Source of the DNA: Candidatus Omnitrophota bacterium
GTDB lineage: Bacteria; Omnitrophota; Gorgyraeia; Zapsychrales; Fredricksoniimonadaceae
DNA: 64,000 nt
NCBI GenBank assembly: GCA_903860135.1
Contig: CAIOPG010000006.1
Coordinates: 100,275 to 164,274 of the forward strand
Direction: 5' to 3'
In this document: one piece after another, positions 47,157 through 53,704 of the stretch
How positions within the stretch are numbered: the stretch's first letter is position 1
Layout of the letters: the number at the start of each line of letters is the position of its first letter
Notes under the pieces: model-generated
The model's input: only the letters and a program-made list of their open reading frames with translations
Databases searched by the model: none
What the model was told of the DNA's origin: nothing
Position numbers and translations under genes: made by a program

Positions 47157-47342
47157 ATGACTGAGAAAATGGATAAGAAATGGACTACGCCGCAGTTGAT
47201 TCAGTTGGTTAGAGGTGGCGAGGAGGAGGGTGTGTTGGGGGTGTGCAAATACTATATGACTGGTGGTCCGATTTATAGAGATTGTGTAACATATGAGGCC
47301 GATATGTCTGCTTATACTTGTTTTGCATATTCACCGTCGTAA
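47157..47342 (+). CDS. Putative RiPP precursor peptide (61 aa)
   Basis: GGAGG RBS at 47146-47150. The leader is KKWTTPQL (W/YxxPxL RRE-binding type). The core has 3 Cys and 6 Tyr and ends in SPS. It lies between an rSAM gene and an ABC exporter. Confidence 0.85.
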   Translation: MTEKMDKKWTTPQLIQLVRGGEEEGVLGVCKYYMTGGPIYRDCVTYEADMSAYTCFAYSPS

Positions 47343-47491
47343 GACATGCGAATTAATAGTGTCAGTACTCCTCAAACTGATGAAGTAAAACAAGTTAAAT
47401 TGTAATTTGTTCAATACGGTCACTGATAATATTGACAGACAACTTGGAGTTGTTTGTAGCATTAGATTAACTAAACCAACTTAAGACAACG

Positions 47492-49270
47492 ATGAACCCT
47501 CCTTGGAATCTTTTAAAAGAATTCTATCATTTCCTTGTCCCTTATTACCGCAAACAGGGTGTCGCCTTGGTGCTGACACTTGCCGGTGTCCTGCTCAGCC
47601 TTGTCAATCCTTACTTGACTAAATTGATGGTGGATCGCGCGATCATGGGCAAAGACGTGAAGATGTTCTTGATCCTCGGTGGGATCGGTGCTGGGGTATT
47701 CCTGCTGAACAGTCTTGTCAACGCGGGGGCGGAATACATCACCAAGGATATCAGGATCAGGCTTGGCTTTGATCTTAACAGGAAAATATTCACGCACCTT
47801 CAGCGGCTCCCCTTGGGTTTCTTCAAGATCAGGTCTACTGGGGAACATATGTTCAAGGTCAACTATGATGTGGACCGGGTGGCGGATCTGTTGAGTTTTA
47901 TTCCCCGCGACGCGGTCAATATTTTCCCTAAATTCCTGTGTACGTTTGTGATCATTGCTTGGCTGGATGGGTCGATGGCACTTGTTGCCCTGCTGGTACT
48001 GCCATTGGTATTTTGGCCTGTCAACCGGATGACCCAACGGATGCAGGAGGTGTACCGCGCCATGGTTGACAGATCCCAGGACATTTTCAGGAAGATGGGA
48101 GAAATATTCTCGCACATATACTTGGCTAAGGTATTCGGGAAGGAGCGGGCACAGACACGCGGATACCTGCGCGCGGTGATCGCCCGTATGCGCTGGGAAT
48201 TCAGTAACATTCGCCTTGAGGTGCTTAATACGCTCATGGCCGGCAGCCTCAATCGCGCGATCATCGCTGTTCTTACTTTGTTCGGTGCCTGGCAGGTGAT
48301 GCAAGGCAAGGTGACGCTGGGGACATTGGCCGCGGTGCTGGTCTATCTGGCGGAACTGGTCTTGTTGCAGAGTAGTGTTGTGTTCCTTTTTCAGCGGGTG
48401 AGTATGGGGCTCATTTGTTGTGGCCGGCTGGACGCCTTGTTGAACCAACCGCCGCAAGAGCTTCACGCGGACGGGGCAAAAGTCAACATGAGCGATGCCG
48501 TGGATATTCGGTTTAAAAATGTGTCATTCGGGTATCGTCCCTCTGAGATCATCTTACGGGATACGGCGTTTGAAATACCCGGCGGCTGGGTGGCCCTGGC
48601 TGGCGCTTCGGGCTGCGGGAAGACGACCATCATCAATCTTCTGCTGGGGTTTTATCAGCCGTTCCAGGGGCAGATATTCGTCGGCGGCCATGATATGCGT
48701 GCCATCGACTTGGCTTTTTGGAGAAACCAGCTTGGCGTCGTGACACAAGAACCTTTCTTGTGGGATGACACGGTGGCGAATAATTTGAAATATGCCTGCC
48801 CGCACGCATCTGATGATGAGATGGCTCGCGTGGCTCAGATGACCGGGGTGAACAATATGATTCGGTCACTGCCCCACGGCTATAACACGCTCATTGGCGA
48901 GCGGGGGTGCCTGCTTTCCGAAGGGCAGAAGCAACGCATCGCTCTGGCCAGGGCCTTGCTCAAAAGGCCGAAGATCCTTATCCTGGACGAAGCCATGTCG
49001 TCCATCGATGCTTTAAGTGAAGAGCAGATCATCGCGGTTCTACGCGCGATCCCGGAGGTCACGCAGGTCTTGCTTGTATCGCATCGCTGGTCGACAGTGT
49101 CCAGTTGTGATCATGTGCTATATTTTAACGGTGACCGGCCGGTAATAACCGGTCAGCCTGCGGATCTTATGCAGCATAACGCGGCGTTTCGTGCCCTTTT
49201 CGCCCGTCAGATGAACAATGATCGGGAACATATTCATGCTATACCAGCACTGGAGAATGAACATGCCTGA
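47492..49270 (+). CDS. ABC exporter (fused TMD-NBD, no C39 peptidase domain)
   Basis: Multi-TM domain, Walker A GASGCGKTT, Q-loop, LSEGQKQR and Walker B ILDEA. Confidence 0.92.
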   Translation: MNPPWNLLKEFYHFLVPYYRKQGVALVLTLAGVLLSLVNPYLTKLMVDRAIMGKDVKMFLILGGIGAGVFLLNSLVNAGAEYITKDIRIRLGFDLNRKIFTHLQRLPLGFFKIRSTGEHMFKVNYDVDRVADLLSFIPRDAVNIFPKFLCTFVIIAWLDGSMALVALLVLPLVFWPVNRMTQRMQEVYRAMVDRSQDIFRKMGEIFSHIYLAKVFGKERAQTRGYLRAVIARMRWEFSNIRLEVLNTLMAGSLNRAIIAVLTLFGAWQVMQGKVTLGTLAAVLVYLAELVLLQSSVVFLFQRVSMGLICCGRLDALLNQPPQELHADGAKVNMSDAVDIRFKNVSFGYRPSEIILRDTAFEIPGGWVALAGASGCGKTTIINLLLGFYQPFQGQIFVGGHDMRAIDLAFWRNQLGVVTQEPFLWDDTVANNLKYACPHASDDEMARVAQMTGVNNMIRSLPHGYNTLIGERGCLLSEGQKQRIALARALLKRPKILILDEAMSSIDALSEEQIIAVLRAIPEVTQVLLVSHRWSTVSSCDHVLYFNGDRPVITGQPADLMQHNAAFRALFARQMNNDREHIHAIPALENEHA

Positions 49271-50264
49271 GGTTTATTTACCATCTCGAAAAGTTTCTGA
49301 TTTACCGCAGATACCGCTCGATGGTCGCATGGAATTCATGGAAAATTGCGGTTCGTGTGCGTCGCATAGAGAACACTGCCGATTTTATCAGATCGCCGGT
49401 CTATCGATCCGGGTGGAATCTGACTTGCCGATGTCCGACCAGACCTTTCATTTGAAATTTAAGCATTTTGAGATCAAAGTCCCTAAGGCTGACATGATCA
49501 CGATCAGGCATCATTTTAGTTTGCCGAACCTTGATGGGAAAGACCTTGGCCGTGAGGTTTATCGTAAGGTACCGTGGGCTATTTACAGAAAGGGAAATTC
49601 CTGGATATATCTTGGTATTGCACCGACGGAAGGAGACAATTCTCTGCACCGGGTTGTTCGCTGTAATGATGATCATACGCAGGTGACGATCTATAATGAT
49701 AAAATGACAGAGGATGAATTTCTGAAAGGTGAACAACATTCATTGACCTTTTTTCCGACGGACCAGATTCTGATAGCGCGTGTCCTGGCTGACAGGAATG
49801 CTTTTTACCTGCATTCCTGCGGTGTCAGGTTCCACGGTCAGGGTCTTCTTTTTGCCGGGCACTCCGAGGCTGGCAAGTCCACCACGGCCACTATGTTAAA
49901 AGACCGGGCTGACATCCTTTGTGATGACCGGATGATCATTCGGGGAACCGGCACGGACCAGGGATTCGATATCCATGGGACATGGAGCCATGGGGATGTG
50001 CCGGATGTGTCGGCGGGATCCGCGCCACTACGGGCGATCATGTTTCTGGAAAAATCCGATGCTAACAGGCTTATCCGTCTCCATGACAAGAAGGAAATCA
50101 TACGCAGGATGCTCGAATGCCTCATCAGGCCTTTTGTGACCGCGGATTGGTGGCATAAAACCCTGTCGGTCGTGGAAAGGGTCGTTGATAATGTACCCTG
50201 TTATGTGCTCAAATTCGACCGGAGCGGCAAAGTGGTAGACCTGTTGCAGAAGGAGTTGCAATGA
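49263..50264 (+). CDS. HprK/PEPCK-like P-loop kinase
   Basis: LHSCGV...FAGHSEAGKST...ILCDD is the HPr-kinase-type signature. The start could instead be 49338. Confidence 0.8.
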   Translation: MPEVYLPSRKVSDLPQIPLDGRMEFMENCGSCASHREHCRFYQIAGLSIRVESDLPMSDQTFHLKFKHFEIKVPKADMITIRHHFSLPNLDGKDLGREVYRKVPWAIYRKGNSWIYLGIAPTEGDNSLHRVVRCNDDHTQVTIYNDKMTEDEFLKGEQHSLTFFPTDQILIARVLADRNAFYLHSCGVRFHGQGLLFAGHSEAGKSTTATMLKDRADILCDDRMIIRGTGTDQGFDIHGTWSHGDVPDVSAGSAPLRAIMFLEKSDANRLIRLHDKKEIIRRMLECLIRPFVTADWWHKTLSVVERVVDNVPCYVLKFDRSGKVVDLLQKELQ

Positions 50265-51439
50265 CCGCTGAGGCTTATCTTGTTCGACGGAATGTTAACC
50301 AACCGTCTTCAGGAAAAATATCACCGCCGCGTCTTTTAGGACGATTGGATATGATCCTTACCGAGCGTTGCAATAATAATTGTGTTCATTGCTACATAAA
50401 TCTTCCATCCGGCGACCTAGATGCTAGGAAGAAAGAATTATCGACGGATGAAATAAAGAATATCCTCAAAGAAGCCGTAACGTTAGGGTGCATGATGGTG
50501 CGTTTCTCTGGTGGTGAGCCGCTGTTACGCGAGGATTTTGGGGAACTCTATCTTTTTGCCCGAAGGCAGGGGCTTAAGGTGGCGATCTTCACCAATGCCA
50601 CGTGCATCACGCCAGACCTTGCCGATCTCTTTGCGCGTATTCCACCCAAAGAAAAGATCGAGATCACGGTGTATGGGATGAAGCAAGAATCTTACGAGGC
50701 GGTGACGTGCGTGCCAGGCTCTTTTGCCAAAGCCTGGCGGGGGATTCATTTACTTCAGGAAAGAAAAGTTCCTTTTGTGGTCAAAGGGGCATTGTTGCCG
50801 GATAATAAGGATGATGTCGATGAATTTGAGGCCTGGGCCGCGACCATCCCATGGATGGAAAAACTGCCTGGGTATTCCATGTTCTTTGACCTGCGATGCC
50901 GCCGGGAGGAAGGTAAAAATCGCAGTATAATGGCGGTAAGAGCGACGCCGGAGAACGGGGTTAAATTCATGACGCGTAGAAAAGAAGAATTTCTAAAAGA
51001 CCAAAAGCAATTCTGCTCCCAATTCATGCGCCCTTCTGGCGACAAACTTTTTTCGTGTGGTTCGGGCAAAGGGGGTGGGTGCGTTGATGCGTATGGCGGG
51101 TTTCAGATGTGCATGATGCTCCTGCATCCTGATACGGTCTATGATCTTAAACAGGGCACGCTTCAAGATGCGCTTGAAAGATCTTTTCCGGCTTGCCGTA
51201 ACACGACGGCGGTGAATAAGGATTATCTGCAACGGTGTGCCCGGTGTTTTCTTAAAGGCTTGTGTGAACAGTGCCCGGCGAAGTCATGGGCCGAGCACGG
51301 CACCCTCGATACGCCCGTTGAATATTTCTGCCAGGTAGCACACGCCCAGGCGCGCTTCCTTGGATTGATCGGTGAAGGTGAGAAGGCATGGGAAGTAGTG
51401 GACGCGGAGCAAAGGATTGAGAAATTCGTTAATAGTTAA
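50261..51439 (+). CDS. Radical SAM/SPASM peptide maturase 2
   Basis: CNNNCVHC, GGEPL and SPASM Cys residues (FSCGSG, QMC, CARC.....C..CP, YFC); clear paralog of 45999-47126. Confidence 0.9.
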   Translation: MTAEAYLVRRNVNQPSSGKISPPRLLGRLDMILTERCNNNCVHCYINLPSGDLDARKKELSTDEIKNILKEAVTLGCMMVRFSGGEPLLREDFGELYLFARRQGLKVAIFTNATCITPDLADLFARIPPKEKIEITVYGMKQESYEAVTCVPGSFAKAWRGIHLLQERKVPFVVKGALLPDNKDDVDEFEAWAATIPWMEKLPGYSMFFDLRCRREEGKNRSIMAVRATPENGVKFMTRRKEEFLKDQKQFCSQFMRPSGDKLFSCGSGKGGGCVDAYGGFQMCMMLLHPDTVYDLKQGTLQDALERSFPACRNTTAVNKDYLQRCARCFLKGLCEQCPAKSWAEHGTLDTPVEYFCQVAHAQARFLGLIGEGEKAWEVVDAEQRIEKFVNS

Positions 51440-51448
51440 GGAGGTCGG

Positions 51449-51760
51449 ATGCAGAAACACGTTATATTAGAAAGTATTTACAAGCCTTCGGAAGATGTGG
51501 TGGCGCGGGATGTCCAAGGCGAATTTGTCATTATACCTATCACGAGCGGTATCGGTGACGGTCAGGATGACATTTTTACAATGAACGACACTGGTCGCGT
51601 TGTCTGGGATCACCTCGACGGCAAAAGGACGCTGAAAGAAATAGGGCTGGAACTTTCCGGAAACTACGACGCCGCACCCGGACAAGTCGAACAGGATGTT
51701 GCCGGTATTGTGCAGGAATTGTTGAATAAGAATATTGTAGTAGAAGTCCCTGCGGTTTGA
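51449..51760 (+). CDS. Stand-alone PqqD/RRE peptide chaperone
   Basis: DVVARDVQGE.VI.P, FTMNDTG..VW..LDG, L...YD and V.QDV; RBS AAGGAGG. Confidence 0.92.
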   Translation: MQKHVILESIYKPSEDVVARDVQGEFVIIPITSGIGDGQDDIFTMNDTGRVVWDHLDGKRTLKEIGLELSGNYDAAPGQVEQDVAGIVQELLNKNIVVEVPAV

Positions 51761-51815
51761 TCGGATAGTGTCAAAAGTTTTATGAAGAATGTGCATAAAA
51801 AAGGATTTTGATATG

Positions 51816-51851
51816 AATTCCCCTCCCCGCTTCAGCGTGGGAGGGAGTTTT
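51816..51851 (+). terminator. GC-rich hairpin between pqqD and the peptidase gene
   Basis: AATTCCCCTCCCCGC-TTCA-GCGTGGGAGGGAGTT followed by TT; a bulged stem. Confidence 0.4.
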
Positions 51852-51929
51852 AAGCTATTTAGATATAAGGGTTTTGCGAGTTGGAAGCTAGAACTTTTGA
51901 CAGAACACGCCTAAAAGCGAGGGTATCTT

Positions 51930-53027
51930 ATGCGTTGCTGTAACCGTCATTATCAGGATTTCTGCGGGCATATTTATAAATATGCCCCGGCCTGTGAGGC
52001 GATCAACAGCAAGGACGCGGTCAATGCGGCGTGTTCTTTAAGAAATCAAAGTGATACCGGTTTGGTTGTGCGATTTTTTGACTCTGGGCGAGAGATCGTC
52101 GACAAGAACAAGATGGTTTTCCATCCGCAGGGGATATGCATGTACCCGTGCATACGGCCCGGGGACAGGCTTCACATAGAATCGCGCTCGATAGAACAGG
52201 TCAAGATTGGGGATATTGCGGTGTATCGCCGGTTCAACCGGCTGTTTGCCCACCGTGTTATTGGCGCAGGCGAAAAGCTTGGTGCCCATTATATCATCAC
52301 CCGCCCTGATACGGCACCGCGCGGTGATGATGGTCCGACGTTCGATGAGGATATTCTGGGGGTTGTGGTGCGCCTTGAACGCAAGGGAAAGATACTGGGT
52401 ATTGTTCGCAAAACATACCCGCTGTTGCATAGAATACTCCTCGATATTCACGTTCTTCCGTATCGTTTGGCCGGTCAGCTTTGGGCTTGGCTTTCTTTTC
52501 ATTTAAGCCTTATTCAACAGTATTCATTCTACCGGGTCTTCGCGCAATACTTGTTTATGAACAAGAAGGTTGAATTTTCTCTGCAGGTCCCGATCAATGC
52601 CAGGCCGGACAGCCGGCTTTTTCAGAAACTTTCCCGTGAAGGATTGCTCGACCGGTTGAGCGCTGAAGAACCTGTTGCCAAATGGTCCCTGCACGTGGCA
52701 GTGAAGGCGAGATCTGTTGGGTATGTGTCATTCGTCCGTAAGCCAGAGTCCTGCCTTCACCGTGGCTGGTGGGTGTATGAAGCGCATATTGATCCTTTAT
52801 ATCGAGGGACAGCGGTTGAAACGAGATTGCTCCAGGAAGTTGTTCTTATCCTCGGTCGTGCCGGGATCAAAGCAGTTTCTGTCACCGCCTTCGGGGATGC
52901 GATAAAGGATCGGCTGTTTTTCAAGAATATGGGATTTAACGAAGTTTCTTCGTATCGAGATGTTTTGTTAAAAGGTCAATGCTACGGGGCTGTGGAACGG
53001 GTGATCATGAAAATGTATATTTGTTGA
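51930..53027 (+). CDS. S24/S26-like peptidase fused to a C-terminal GNAT-like domain
   Basis: QGICMYPCIRPGD...GDIAVY...AHRV follows the S26 box pattern with Cys at the Ser position. The C-terminal HIDPLYRGTAVETRLL and FFKNMGF resemble GNAT motifs. Confidence 0.72.
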   Translation: MRCCNRHYQDFCGHIYKYAPACEAINSKDAVNAACSLRNQSDTGLVVRFFDSGREIVDKNKMVFHPQGICMYPCIRPGDRLHIESRSIEQVKIGDIAVYRRFNRLFAHRVIGAGEKLGAHYIITRPDTAPRGDDGPTFDEDILGVVVRLERKGKILGIVRKTYPLLHRILLDIHVLPYRLAGQLWAWLSFHLSLIQQYSFYRVFAQYLFMNKKVEFSLQVPINARPDSRLFQKLSREGLLDRLSAEEPVAKWSLHVAVKARSVGYVSFVRKPESCLHRGWWVYEAHIDPLYRGTAVETRLLQEVVLILGRAGIKAVSVTAFGDAIKDRLFFKNMGFNEVSSYRDVLLKGQCYGAVERVIMKMYIC

Positions 53028-53078
53028 AAAATCGGGACACACTACTTACTGGTTTTAATGCACAAACCGGGTTTATTT

Positions 53079-53106
53079 TGTAACTTTCAGCCTGCTGGCG
53101 CGTTTA
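53079..53106 (+). promoter_or_regulatory. Putative ECF-sigma autoregulatory promoter
   Basis: TGTAAC-N16-CGTTTA directly upstream of the ECF sigma RBS matches the common AAC/CGT ECF promoter architecture. Confidence 0.5.
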
Positions 53107-53125
53107 AAGGGTAGGAGAGGGCGAT

Positions 53126-53704
53126 ATGGAAAGAACGGATGAAGAACTGATCCGCGCGTATGCCTCCGGCGAACCGGACGCTGTGGGGCTGTTGTTTGCG
53201 CGGCACAAGGGGAGCATTTTCAATTTTGCCTTGCGGCTTATTGGCAACAGGGCAGATGCCGAAGATGTGACCAGCGATGTCTTTCTTCAGCTCTTTAACA
53301 GGCGCTATCAGGCAACCCCGCAGGCCAAATTCACCACCTGGCTTTTTACGGTGGCGCGCAATGCCTGTCTGTCCAGGATAAGGACCCGCAATATGCTGGG
53401 GTCTTTCTGGTTCAAGCGGGACGGCGACGATGGTTTTGAGGAACAGGAGATAGCTGATCCTGCGGGCAATCAAGGTGAGGCTTTAAGGAATAAGGAAAAA
53501 GCCAAGATGGTGAAGCAGGCCGTTATGGCCTTACCTCCGATGCAGAAAGAAGCGTTGATCCTGCGTGAGTATTGCAACAAGGATTATGCCGAGATCGCGG
53601 CGATCCTGGGCTGTTCCTTTGATAATGTTAAAGTGCTTATATTCCGCGGCCGCGAGCGTTTGCGCGTAAGCCTGGCCGCCTGGATGAAGGAGGAAACCCT
53701 ATGA
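53126..53704 (+). CDS. ECF sigma-70 factor
   Basis: DAEDVTSDVF, KFTTWLFTVARN, region 4 YAEIAAILG and VKVLIFRGR. Confidence 0.93.
   Translation: MERTDEELIRAYASGEPDAVGLLFARHKGSIFNFALRLIGNRADAEDVTSDVFLQLFNRRYQATPQAKFTTWLFTVARNACLSRIRTRNMLGSFWFKRDGDDGFEEQEIADPAGNQGEALRNKEKAKMVKQAVMALPPMQKEALILREYCNKDYAEIAAILGCSFDNVKVLIFRGRERLRVSLAAWMKEETL

Noticed and set aside
47346-47405. Short ORF MRINSVSTPQTDEVKQVKL as a second precursor
   Set aside because: It has no RBS and no Cys or Tyr, and only the TPQ triplet resembles the leader.
51816-51851. Hairpin as an IS200/IS605 end
   Set aside because: It has a superficially similar GC stem with a TTCA loop, but there is no tnpA/tnpB remnant or partner end in the window, so it is kept only as a hairpin.
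43315-53027. Canonical lasso peptide or PQQ cluster
   Set aside because: There is no lasso cyclase or B2 protease and no pqqB/pqqC, and the precursor has no ExxxY motif.
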